The notes beneath the pieces were generated by a model, which was not told the DNA's origin, did not search any database, and saw only the letters and a program-made list of their open reading frames with translations. Made by a program: the position numbers and the translations under genes. Shown piece by piece: positions 13,381 through 25,939 of a stretch of DNA of 64,000 nt. Each line of letters starts with the position of its first letter. Position 1 is the first letter of the stretch. This DNA comes from Octopus sinensis (lineage: Eukaryota). The stretch spans positions 44,268,001-44,332,000 of the forward strand of contig NC_043002.1 in NCBI RefSeq assembly GCF_006345805.1, read 5' to 3'.

Positions 13381-13605
13381 TACGAGGGTGGGGTGTTGAA
13401 AAGTTTCTGGCTTTGAGTAAAAAGAATATACAGGAGGATTAGTTACTTATGTTTTTATTCAACATGTTCTCCTCTCAGATTCACACACTTATTACAGTGG
13501 CCCTTCAGTTTTTCTAAGACCTGTAAAAGAACTCAGTAGGTTGGGCCTCCAACTAGGCCTTTCACAATACCCTTAAAGCCGGGACCTTTTTAGCACTCCC
13601 TCATA
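13381..13605. mobile_element. Mariner-type MITE
   Basis: TA-flanked imperfect TIRs cgagggtggggtgttgaaaagtttctggcttt / aaagccgggacctttttagcactccctca. Confidence 0.7.
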
Positions 13606-14739
13606 TGAACAGATGTCGGTCGTAAGTGAACCGCAGTCAAGGGCAAACTGCGGCCCCTGGGACTATCTAAATGGTACGCCTTGAATTTTTAGTAGTGCGG
13701 CCCGCCTGATGATGAGTCACATCTTATGCAGCTCGCTTCTCAAGAAAGGCTACCTATACAAAAAATTCTCCGGTATAGTGTAGGATGAAAAAGAAAGAAA
13801 TAGTGCTTATAGTTTTATTACATCAACATCTGGAAACAGCCTTGTTGTGCAACTGGCATTTATATTAAATTTTCTTCCTTTTTGTTTTCAGCGTGGGATT
13901 TGCTTTTTATTCTCTGTTATTGAATTTGTGTTGGTGGTTATCGTAATCCATTGCTGACTGAATATATTGAACGACGGAGGAATCAGCTGGATATAGGTTT
14001 GTTTTTAATGATGCAGATAGTGAGTGTATGAAATGGAGTCAGATGACATAACGCAGTCGATGACCTACAAGACCTCGATTTATTTCACGTGCTAACGCAC
14101 AAGATAATATAGTCATTTCTATATTTATTACTTTGTGAAAGTTTCGGTTTGTGCGATTGATCTTTGATAAGAAAATGAATCAAGCTTTTTACTGATTTTG
14201 TTGCAAACGTTAGCATGTTTCACTATCTTGGTGGAAATGAAAAACGAGTATTAACATAACATTAACTTCACGTTGTAGTCTGTTAATGGTTTAAAATGCG
14301 TTTGAAGTAGACTTTAGTAGTAAATAAGTTAGTAGGGTGTAATTAATTAACCAGTTAATTCATTTCTTTTTCTCTTAAATATCTGAGAAATATGCTTTTC
14401 TGGTTTTTCATTATTGCTAGTGTATTTTTGTTTTTTATATTTTTCACAATGGATGCTATGAATAGTGCCGCAAACTGGTGTATTGTTAGTTATGCATTGA
14501 ACTGTTATTAGTGGTTTCAGAAACCATTTATAAATCAAGTCCTTTGCCAAACAAGTATAACAGTCATTGTATTTATTTATTTATTTATTTATTTTTCTGG
14601 AACTGTTTCCAGTAATATGTATTTATTAATACTCAAAACAGTTAATAAGTAGTTCAATGTTTAATACTACACGAAAACTAAGGTTTCGTGTGAGATTTTA
14701 CAAGAAACTCATCAAATCGCATACATATCGCTGAACTGT

Positions 14740-15770
14740 AATTACGAAGTTTCTTCACGACTCCACTGATTCACCTCTGAAAGATTTTCGCTGTAGATTC
14801 GGAATCTCACATGCAAAATGATCCATGGGAGGGTGCCATGATTTAAATCCGGACCTTAAACTTCCCAGGAAGATTTTACCGTTCACTCTGTATAGCCAGG
14901 CCCTCAAGTTTTTATGGGGTTCATGGGTGGATGATGTCCCTCTCAGGCTGCTGTTATACAATACACCTTTCTCAAGACCGTCATTGGTTTCTCGGTGATG
15001 GATTGTACTTACCACCTCGAGCTTCTTTACGCTCCTCTTGCTCCTCATGACTGATGTTATTGTCGCAGGTCATCTGTAAAGGCCATAGTAAGGAGCTGCC
15101 GAATTCCAAACATATTGAGCAGCCTTCTACACTGCACGCCCATTAACTCTACTAGCAAGCGCGAAACAGAAGTTCACTGAAGTGTTACAACCAATGATAT
15201 TGCCCTTCTCGAACTTGTGCCATTCTGATGTTGTGCAAGCAGCTGAGATTCTCAGACCGAATCCTCTGTAATAGTCCAGAATAAGATATTTGAATGTTCT
15301 TGGGACATGGTGCTTGTTCAGAGATCCTTCAACCAATTGTAGGTGTTCGCAAAATTTATCCTCAACACTGCTAGGTCTCCTTTAGTATCTCGGATCTCTC
15401 TGATCAAAGTGATAGACGTATGCAAGTGCTCCAGATACTTTTGGGTTATATCGTTTCTGAACCGAAATATCGATGTACTGCCGAGCAACAATGCTGCAAA
15501 AATATTTTGCTCTTGGCAGTGATGAGAGAAAATATACTAAACTGACAGGTGATCTTTGTCTCTCCTTGCTTCGGAATCTACATATTTTCTGCGTACCTCT
15601 AATACTGATCCAGCAGGCAATTTCTCCAACTCACCCTCACAATCATTCAAAAGACGGTGGATTATCTTTACGCTGTTCTTATTCAATTTGTAAAGTATTC
15701 TACTCACTTCTGTAAGTGAACGTATTCTTGTCTTCTTGAAAATTCGATAATTGATGATGGTTCTCAAATA
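14740..15770 (-). mobile_element. HERO-like (R2 superfamily) non-LTR reverse transcriptase remnant
   Basis: Frameshifted minus-strand peptides LIREIRDTKGDLAVL...ANTY, VPRTFKYLILDYYRGFGLRISAACTTSEWHKFEKG, AFTDDL match the RT pattern I associate with HERO elements. Confidence 0.7.
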
Positions 15771-15992
15771 TTTGGATAAGGCATGCTATGCCCAAATATT
15801 TCATTGTTAACTAAGCATTAATTAATTAAGGAAAACAGATGGTAATGTATACATGCACATATATGTTTACAGAAATACATATATACACATACATATATAC
15901 TGCATACTTATATAATACGTACACACACGCACACTCTTGTTACCATACACACACTCATACATATATATATATAATATATATATATATATATA

Positions 15993-16200
15993 CAGTGTTG
16001 GCCAAAAGTCACTCGACAGTAAATCAAAACCGTTTAATTCCAAGATTTATTTATGTTTAACAACTGAATGAATTTAATAAAAGCATCTAAATATGAAACA
16101 TCATGAAAATTGTTCAAACTGAAGTTCTTGAGCGACACATTTTTCCATTCGAGTCAGTGTTTTCCAAAATTAACCACGCCTAAAACTTTTTATACGCCAA
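15993..16200 (+). mobile_element. Tc1-like terminal remnant
   Basis: TA-CAGTGTTGGCCAAAAGT TIR-type start; no partner TIR identified. Confidence 0.45.
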
Positions 16201-17315
16201 ACTAAGCACTTTTGAGAAGTGATCAATTAACAGAATCAGTCCCAGTGACTGGGTGGTACTTTAATTTATTGGCCTTGGCTAGATAAAACGTTGATCCAAG
16301 AGAAAACTGAGCTCAGAACATAAAGAATCGAAATAAATGATACCATGGCAATTGCGTCTGAAGTTCTTATAATTATGACAACTAGACATTTTCAAATCAA
16401 TAGCATAGAAAGATTGTATTCACATTCTCATTACACCCACAGTAAGGCTTTCTGTTATTTATATTTATTTCAGTTCTGATTTTATTTTACAATCCAAACT
16501 ACAAGCAACTAACTTACTACGCTGCGTTGGGGAAACATTTATAGAATTGATCTGTCTCTTGCAAGAGTTACGAGAATACGGAGAACGATAACTAATCAAC
16601 AAACTTTATTCATTTTCTCAAATATACATAGTATGAAACTTTGTTTAACTCCATTCCTTAGATGTTTCGAAGACATTCAAACTTTAATTTTGATGATAAA
16701 ATATACAATCACGCAACTAATTCACACTGCCTAAAATTAATGACCTTGCACCAAAATTCGAAACTATTATTGTTTACTATTATCTTAATGCAATTTATTG
16801 TGATATTATTATCAGCCTCAGTAGAGTGGTACAGATGATGATGCGTTGAACAGTAATTAATTTCATTCATGAATGACCGAATTGAAATCATGCCAATCTG
16901 CTTCGACATTGTAATATATCCCACCATTGGTCTGCAGGAAATATTTATCATATTCGGTTTAATAGACCACAACTGTCTGTATTTGTAGATTCGTCTTATA
17001 TTATCTAATAGAAAATGCTTAGCAGCATCGTTAGCACGCCGGACAAAATGCTTGGTGGTTATTCTTCCGGACTTAGTTCTGAGTTCAAATTCCGCCAATG
17101 CTAAGTTTGCCTTTCATCCTTTCGGTGTCGATAATATAACTACCTGTCGAGCACGGTATCAATGTAATCGATCAGTCCCCTCCCACGAAACTTCAGGCGT
17201 TTACATCTAATATCAAAAAGATATGCAAAAACAAAAATTCATAGAGGGTTAAATGATACCCAAATGAACGGGATACATCAAAGTGTACGTGCTAGGCAGA
17301 GACAACAGCTGGAGT

Positions 17316-17505
17316 GGAGGCGTAATGGCCCAGTAGTTAGGGCAGCGGACTCGCGGTCGTAAGAACGGGGTTTCGATTCCCAGATTGGGCATTGGGAGTG
17401 TTTATTGAGCAAAAACACCTAAGCTCCACGAGGCTCCGGCGGTGGGGGTGAACCTCTCTGTACTCTTTCACCACAACTTTCTCTCACTCTTTCTTCCTAC
17501 TTCTG
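17316..17505 (+). mobile_element. tRNA-derived SINE, 3'-truncated
   Basis: ggaggcgtaatggcccagtagttagggcagcggactcgcggtc...gtttcgattccc. Confidence 0.8.
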
Positions 17506-19950
17506 CCACAAAGCAGAGAAACCATGGTGTAACCCACTATGGTGTGGTAAACTTTCAGACACTAGTCTGGATTACGAATCCTCTGTACCCCAGGATGGTT
17601 CAGCTCTCCACCCGTTAAAAGCCACCGTTTACGGAATGAGGATAACAACGTAGCTTTCGCGCTCGTGCAACCGCCAGTGTGGTGTTCACGACGTTATGAT
17701 ATTCGAAACTGAATACAGGTACTTGCGTTTTAGCAAAAAAATGAACCGAATCTAATACTGTAGTTTATATGTACATACACACAGGCATCACACATGTATG
17801 TATGTGTGTAACCCATCATACAAGTATTATTCTTTTCTACTCTAGGCACAAGGCCCGAAATGTTGGGGAAGGGGGTCTGTTGATCAGACCCGAGAACGCA
17901 ACTGGTACTTTATTTATTGACTCAAGACCTACTTTATCAACAGTTTATCTATGATTATTAGCTCATTTTCACTAATTCTTCGAATAATTTCTGTTATCAC
18001 TGTTTATTAAAATTGCATATTTTGAATCGTAAAGATAACTGATAGCCTCTGTTTATGTGACATTTTCTATTTCAGTCTTAAGACTACTCGAAACCAATAT
18101 AGAAATGATAATATTCATAATTATTTAAGGGTATTTACCCATTATATGAAATAGAATCAATATCAGATTAAAATAGCTATCTACGTATCGTTCCTAATGT
18201 AAATATATCGCGATAGCTTAAACGATATTATTTTGGAATGAATATCACACTAAAGTTTGCCTATCATGGTGTATGAAACATAAATATCTGTTTCATTCTA
18301 ATGCTGATTTTGTTGAGTATATTCTGTTTTAGTGTGGAGACGGATTTTGTCTAAGCATATTTGCTAGTGAATACATTTTGCCGATAATGTCCAACAAGGC
18401 AGAAATACAACAAGCGTTTTCATTCATCGCTGCTGTTACGAGTCATGTCTCCTGACACACACACTCACATGTGTGTGTGTATGTGTGAGTGTGTGAGTGT
18501 GTGTGTGCGTATGTGTGAGTGTGTGTGTGTGTGTGCTTACATACGTGCATACGTACATACATATCGAAATTTTCCCCACCGCGACGCATTCACATTAAGT
18601 ATGATACCTAAATGGCCATAGAGAAGTATTTATCACCGATGACACATACTTAACGTATATGTGTTAAACGCTGTTTTTCGTTGCTGTTTTTCGTTACTGT
18701 ATTTCGTCTAGGGAAAGTACGTTGAAAGAGTAGTGTATTGAAAAACGACGTATATTTCAAACCCAGGTGAAACGAATCGCTTCGGAGGTGAGCGTGAACA
18801 ACAGATATCAATATTTGTATGCTATTTCAGATCATCACTGCCGCATGCTGAATTTTTCCTCGAGACGAACTCAAAATATATACAGATAACGTAAACACTA
18901 TCCACTGATGTGTAGCAACACCTCACAAGTGAAACAAAATTTAGATTTTGAGTCAGTGGCAGATTTTATTTTATAAATATTTTCGATTTCACATAATGCA
19001 TGTGCGTTGTTAAACGCTTTTGGATTGCTGTATTTCATCGCTTTAAATACGTAGTGTGTTGAAAATGACAGTACGAGTAAAAATTAAGTAAACGGATCCC
19101 CTCCCCCACCTCCAGATGTAAATGAGAACAACAAATATATCGCTGTTATTTCACCTCATCCGTGCCGTACGCTCGATTCGCCCTTAAGATAAATTTTAAA
19201 AGCTTTTAACAATACACATTATGTGACATCGATAATGTTTACATTATAAAGCTGCTTGTAGCTCAAAGCTTAAATTCTGTTTTACTTGTGCGGCGCTGTT
19301 ACACAACAGGTAGTTGTTCTGTTATCTGATTATACTTCGGACCGACGATTTGAATTCCCCTGGAGGGCGAATCGAGTATGTAGCACCAACGAATTGTAAT
19401 AACAGTGAAATATCGAAATTTGTCTTTCACATCTGAGATGATACATCTCGCCTAGCTTTGAAATATATCGGTTTTATTTTCATACAATACGTCGTTAAAT
19501 GCGCTTTCCCTGGATGAAATACGGCAACAAAAAGGCGTTTGACAACACACAAACATGTGACATCGCTATTGTTTATATTACAGAGCTGCTTCTAACTCAG
19601 AAAATCATTGAATATCTTGAACTTATTACAAATCTTAGTAATATATTGTGTTCATATTTTAAGTAACAACTCTAAGTTGAATATTTGCATAATGAACTTT
19701 TTATGTACAGGTATTTATCTCAGATGTTCATTTTAAATAGTTTAGTTAATTACCCAAAGTCAGTATATATGCAGGATAAAATCTATTTACTTTTGTATTA
19801 TAAAAAATTATGCAAAGTTTGCGCAACCCAATATACGTGTATGTATGTATGTATGTATGTATGTATGTATGTATGTATGTATGTATGTATGTATGTATGT
19901 ATGTGTGTGTGTGTATGTATGCATGGGTGTGTATAATACCTAATTGTACC

Positions 19951-20357
19951 CTTTTACCCTTTTACTTGTTTCAGTCATTTGACTGCGGCCATGCTGGAGC
20001 ACCGCCTTTAATCGAGCAACTCGACCCCAGGACTTATTCTTTGTAAGCCCAGTACTTATTCTATCGGTCTCTTTTTGCCGAACAGCTAAGTGACGGGGAC
20101 ATAAACACACCAGCATCGGTTGTCAAGCAATGCTAGGGGGACAAACACAGACACACAAACACACACACATACATATATATACATACATATATACGACGGG
20201 TTTCTTTCAGTTTCCGTCTACCAAATCCACTCACAATGCTTTGGTTGGCCCGAGGCCATAATAGAAGACACTTGCCCAAGGTGCCACGCAGTGGGACTGA
20301 ACCCGGAACCATATAGTTGGTAAACAAGCTACTTACCACACAGCCACTCCTGCGCCT
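19951..20357 (-). mobile_element. tRNA-derived SINE, full length
   Basis: Reverse complement of 40397-40816; internal (TA/CA) tract; tail ...actgaaacaagtaaaag. Confidence 0.9.
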
Positions 20358-20479
20358 ATAAATATATACATATATACATATATCTATATAAATGTGTATA
20401 TATATGTATGTATATGTATATATATATATATGCATGTGTGTGTGTATAATACATAAATATAAAGGAATTTGAGGACATA

Positions 20480-21015
20480 CCTCTTTTGGGTCATTGCTAC
20501 ATTCTTTGTTAACTCTGTATAATCTTTTTTCAGAAAATATTAATGGTAGAGACCCTTACTCAGCTTGCTCAAGAAATGAAGACGCATGTTGTCGTTTTAG
20601 TTATAAAGGCTGAACATGGAGATTTAGAAATATTTCGAATTTTAAAAGTTGCCAGATCTTTCGCCTACAAATTTTGTCAGGAACTGGAGAATGAAGATGG
20701 AAACGTATCACCAGTATCAACGCATAAAGCCCATTCTAAACGCTCTGAAATCATCAGAACACCTGAATGTATCCAATAAGTTCAACAGACTATTGATTAC
20801 ACTCCCAGAAAAGTCCATTAGGTCAATTGCAAAAGATGTCCATAAGAACAGTCAGAAATGTTGTCCACGAAGACATCAAATGCAAGTCTTATATGATGAG
20901 GAAAGGTCAATTTGCCAGAAAAATCAAAAATCAAAAGAAAAACGCTCATCAGATCTAAAAGGCTCTTAAACAAATTGAAAAATCCAGCCGAAGATGATTT
21001 GATTTGGTTTTTCAC
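20480..21015 (+). mobile_element. Tc1/mariner (maT/DD37D-like) transposase N-terminal remnant
   Basis: QEMKTHVVVLVIKAEHGDLEIFRILKVARSF...SEIIRTPE and LIRSKRLLNKLKNP..DLIWFF, broken by stops and frameshifts. Confidence 0.75.
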
Positions 21016-21109
21016 TGCAATTCTTGTCTGTATTAGAGCATTTTTAAGGCAATCCTTAAACATTAGTTTAGGCTTATACATATATATGCATGTATAATGC
21101 AAAAATATA

Positions 21110-22407
21110 AACATATTGAAGATATACTTAAAGTCTTGGGAACAGGTTCGAACTCTGATGTCATATATCTTGACTTCAGTAAAGCATTCGACAGGGTTGA
21201 CCATAATATCTTACTCTCAAAATTGGCAGATTTTGGAATCCGTGGAAAACTTCTACACTGGATTAAGTATTTCCTGGCGAATAGAGGGCAACATGTTGTG
21301 GTAGATGGAGTCCACTCAAGCCCAGAAAAAATCACCAGTGGTGTCCCCCAGGGGACTGTCTTGGGCCCGCTCCTCTTTATAATTTACATAAATGACCTTT
21401 CCAGCGTCATAAATCACTGCAATGTGAAAATATTTACTGATGACACTAAGCTCCAGAAAATCATCAATGAAGAAGATCGAACTCAACTCCACTCTGATCT
21501 ATATGCTGTGAGTCAATGGGCAGACAAAAACAAAATGCAACTGAACGAGGGAAAATTTGAGCTGATGCATTTTGGAAGAAGGTCTATACTAAAACAGCCA
21601 TACTCTCTTCCTTCTGGGGAACCGCTTACGGCATCTAATAATATCCGAGACCTGGGTGTAATTGTTGATAAAAATCTCAGTTGAAGTGCCCACATCAACA
21701 ATAAGGTCGATATAGCTCGTAGGATGAGCCCCTGGATCTTTAGAACATTCCGATCGAGAACAAGGTGTCATCATTCCACTTTTCTCCTCCTTTGTACGGC
21801 CACACCTTGAATACTGCTGCCCCTTGTGGACTCCCCGAACAAAACAAAACATCTCATATATTGAATCATGTTACAGGGCACTCACTAAACGAATTGAAGG
21901 CATGACTGATCTCGATTACTGGGACCGCCTTAAAGCTTTGAAACTCTACTCTCTCCAGCGCCGCCGCGAGCGGTACATCATTTGTACGATATGGAGAATA
22001 TACCGCCAGCATTGCCCAAACGACCTGAACATTAGTTTCAAGGTTCATTCAAGGCTGGGACCACGGGCCATACATCCCCTGCCCAATTCAGGTTCACAAC
22101 ATATAGGTACACAGCGACATAATTTCTTTTCTACAACAGGCCCTGCCCTGTTTAACATTGTCCCAAAATTGATTAAAGAGGAAAAGGATCTCATCACCTT
22201 TAAACGGAGCCTGGCCAGATTTCTTCAAGGAATACCGGATAAGCCACCTTTACCTGAATACAACTCCCTCAACAACAACTCACTACTTGAATGCACCATA
22301 AACAAAACTTGACTAAAAAGGATTTAGATAATCCTATCAGGTGGTCCTATTAAGTTAGATATGGCCTGAACCAATCTTTGGTCGAAACATATCTAAGTTT
22401 TTATCAA

Positions 22408-22410
<3 letters not shown>
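21110..22410 (+). mobile_element. CR1-group LINE, 5'-truncated RT and 3' end
   Basis: YLDFSKAFDRVDH, SGVPQGTVLGPLLF, FTDDTKL, YSLQRRRERY; stop at 21682-21684. Confidence 0.92.
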
Positions 22411-22452
<42 letters not shown>

Positions 22453-22649
22453 TTTCAGAATGAGATAAAAGCCCAAGGGTGTGAAAGATTTTAGAACATT
22501 TATAAATAGAAGGTATTACAGTTGTTGCCTAAATAATGGGTCAATAGATGCAATATCCCTACATATCTCACTTCTATTTTCACTCCCCACTTCACTCTCT
22601 ATTTCATATCATATCTAAAATAACTATTGCTTAACCATTTTCTCATACC

Positions 22650-22697
22650 GTCTCCGATGACGGGATATATAAAATATTTCAGAAACAGCTGTAAGAC
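22650..22697 (+). ncRNA. Degenerate minimal hammerhead ribozyme motif
   Basis: gtct-CCGATGA-cgggatat(ataaa)atatttca-GAAAC-AGCT-GTA-agac. Stem I gtct/agac, palindromic ACAGCTGT stem III, one core substitution. Confidence 0.55.
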
Positions 22698-22974
22698 CAT
22701 CTTTTTTTATAAATGTTCTACAATCTTTGACAGCCTTGGATTTTTATCTCATTCTGAATTTTTTTTGTTATATATATATATACACATGCTGATATATGAC
22801 CTACTTTGGACTCCTTACTCGCATAATCACCGAAACTGGAGCTTAACTATAGTCTATCCATAGCACTTACTCAGCATTACCTGACACCTTTGGGTCTTAT
22901 TGACACCATTACCTCTCATAACCTCTCTCTCTCCCCTCTCTCTCTCTCTCTCTCTTTCTCTCTAAATGACTAAA

Positions 22975-23655
22975 TCTATTGTATATGAGGCAGAAGTTAC
23001 TGCAACCCTAAATAATAATGCAACTCATAAGAAGACCTAGAGTGGATTATGTGAAGGTGAATTTAAAAATCGCTATGCCAATTACATAGCGTCCTTCAGA
23101 CGTAGAGACAAAGGTATAGCTACTAAGTTGGTTAGCCACGTATGGACTTTGAAAGATAACGAAACATCGCGTGTGATTAAATGGAAGTAATTGAGAAATC
23201 CATAACTTACGTGAATGGATCGAATAAATGTAGACAATTGTTTGGATGAAAAAGCGCAGAACCTGTTCAGATCTATGATCCCTAGCTCTATATTGAACTC
23301 CAGGTCGGAAATTTTCAGTAGTTGCATACATATGTATAAATATATTTTGAAGAATTGGAAAATTCTGCTTATTCCTGTCTGACTTGATATCTTTCCAGTC
23401 TTATCATTTAAGGTCTAAGGAGGATAGTACTTTTACAATTTTACTTTTTACTTTTTACATTTTAGTTTCTGTTTTTCGTGTTCCATTGTTCTTTTCAGTT
23501 GTTAACTGTCTGCGTTTTCTATATGCTGCCTTCTAAATGTTTTTGTATTTCTTCTATAATTCAATTTCTTTACTTCGTTATGATAAGTGGCTAGCGCCTG
23601 AAGGATATGTTTGAGTTTTCTCAACATATGAAACTATTAGTAGCACTTTAAATAA
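22975..23655 (+). mobile_element. Penelope-like element 3' part: GIY-YIG endonuclease remnant plus terminal repeat
   Basis: VYEAEV...GLCEGEFKNRYANYIASFRRRDKGIATKLVSHVWTLKD...IKWK...LNSRSEIFSSCIHMYKY, with stops. Confidence 0.85.
23594..23646 (+). ncRNA. Minimal hammerhead ribozyme motif at the Penelope 3' end
   Basis: gcgc-CTGAAGGA-tatgtttgag(tttt)ctcaacatat-GAAAC-TATTA-GTA-gcac. Long stem II, near-palindromic ACTATTAGT stem III, one extra core base. Confidence 0.6.
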
Positions 23656-23677
23656 ATATATATCTAAAAATTTTTTT

Positions 23678-23728
<51 letters not shown>

Positions 23729-24384
23729 CTATATATCGCCTGTGTTTACATGACTATGGGATGCTCTTGCACATTGCTAGTGACAATTGGTTTTCAGTTC
23801 TTTCTTGCTTGCGCCATACTTTTTCATCCTGTCTAAATTTCTTTAACAAAATCATAATCCTGTTATCGTTGTGGCCTCCCAAATTTTGTTGCTTAGACTT
23901 AGAAGATAGTGTACATAGGGTAGCGAGTTTTGTTTTAGAAATTTTACTACCAGTGGCCTAGCATAACTAAAAAGTCAATAGACAACATATTCTCAATATA
24001 AAATAGTGTACATTTAAACACAAGAGAAACTGCCTGTTGAAGGCAAACCGACATTGTTTGTGTGTAAATCGGCAAGAAGAATTAATAAATACTTTGGTCA
24101 TAAAAAAAGCTTAATAGAAGGTTAATACTCTTACACTTAAATATTTCGTTCTTTTAAACTTTCAGTAGAATTTGGAAGTGTCGTGAAGCAAGTAAAAATA
24201 TTAAATCATCTTCCTTATTTTACATTACTATCAATATCTTTTTGTCGATGGTTTACTAGATATAGCACGAATTTTGCTAGATAAATGTGTATGAAAGCTG
24301 TCGAACCTCCCCACCGTTTATCCTTCTCTTATAGTATATACTATAAAGCAATAAGAGAGAAAGTCTCATTTTCCTCTCAGTTAT

Positions 24385-24623
24385 GATATACATACACACA
24401 CACACACACATATATATTTATATATATATATATTTATGTGTGTGTGTGTGTGTGTGTGTATACATGTATATCTTTACATATATATATACACATATATATA
24501 CATATATATATACATATATATATACATATATATACATATATACATATATATACATATATACAAACATATATATATATGTATATATACATATATACATATG
24601 CATATATATATACATATATACAT

Positions 24624-24659
<36 letters not shown>

Positions 24660-24687
24660 AATATACATATATATATATAAAATATAC

Positions 24688-24751
<64 letters not shown>

Positions 24752-24914
24752 TATATACATATATATACACATAGATATATATGCATTTATATATATATTA
24801 TATATATATATATATATACATATATATATACTATATATATATACACACATATATATATATACACATATATATATATATATATATAATATACATATATTAT
24901 ATATAAAAATATAC

Positions 24915-24959
<45 letters not shown>

Positions 24960-25208
24960 TATATATTATATTATATATATATATATATATACACATAGAT
25001 ATATATGCATTTATATATATATATATATATATAATATATATATATACATATATATATACATATATATATATACACACATATATATATATACATATATATA
25101 TTATATACATATATATATATACACATATATACATACATATATGTATATATATATATATGTGTGTGTGTGTTTGTGTGTGTGTATGTATATATATGTATGT
25201 ATACATAT

Positions 25209-25244
<36 letters not shown>

Positions 25245-25262
25245 TATATTATATTATATTAT
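24385..25262. repeat. About 880-bp compound (TA)n/(CA)n array
   Basis: Direct inspection. Similar arrays at about 29860-30115, 33060-33250, 50860-51040, 53500-54080, 57960-58275 and 62143-62557. Confidence 0.95.
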
Positions 25263-25823
25263 ATTTCTTGAGAAAGCAAGATACCAGGACTGAGAGAAGA
25301 AAGAAGATACTCGAAACCCTCTCTTACCACCTGGCTTAAGAAAGAGTGGCCCCATACAGTACAAAATTGTGTATGACCTATTATCGCCGATGACTATAGG
25401 CATGACATAAAAAGAGCGAACGAAAAAAACGTTCAAGCGAATTAATGTTGGAGAAATTAAGATTATACAATTATTTGGCAGTATAGTATATAAAAAACTT
25501 CTCTGATATTAAACGTACGAAATAATATATTCTTTTAATCATTGGAGAAGTATTATCGCATTAATTTTTCAGAAATATAATCCGTTTTACGTATTATATT
25601 TCTGAAATCTCATTGCAATGTCTAGAAGTTTGGCTTTCGTTGCGAATATAATTTACACTGAATGCATACAGGTAATTTATTCAATAAGTTTCAGAGTAAA
25701 ACATACAACCAGATAGAAATACGATATTGTAACTTACTTCAAAGTAATGACAACTTATGTAACTTAACAAAGTTGAATTGAATAACTAGCTAGTAAAATA
25801 CAGCTTCGATGTTACTTTAACAG

Positions 25824-25939
25824 CTCCTTTGAAATACCCGATCGAAATACACGTATATTCTCACGGTCCGGAAAGTGTTCGAGTTACATTCCGTGGAGTT
25901 GGCTACAACAACAACGAAGATCCAATCCAAGGGTACAAG
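25824..25939 (+). CDS. CNTN: Contactin-like gene, internal exon (N-terminal half of last FN3 domain)
   Basis: Acceptor gttactttaacag|CT, donor TACAAG|gtaaga; 116 nt, phase 1 to 0, in frame with the previous exon. Encodes (P)PLKYPIEIHVYSHGPESVRVTFRGVGYNNNEDPIQGYK, the invertebrate contactin SVRV.FRGV...E.PI.GYK pattern. Too short for the ORF track. Confidence 0.92.

Noticed and set aside
16709-17098. 129-aa minus-strand ORF and internal acceptor giving TNGGIYYNVEADWHDFNSVIHE-stop
   Set aside because: The ORF start lies in a SINE fragment, there is no recognisable domain, and no partner exons were found.
24383-25339. Many 60-160 aa ORFs rich in Y/I/C/V/H/T, here and at 4205, 5917-6464, 11760-12496, 29810-30160, 53445-54067, 56605-58245 and 62376
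   Set aside because: They are translations of (TA)n, (CA)n and (TAGA)n microsatellites, which lack stops in some frames.
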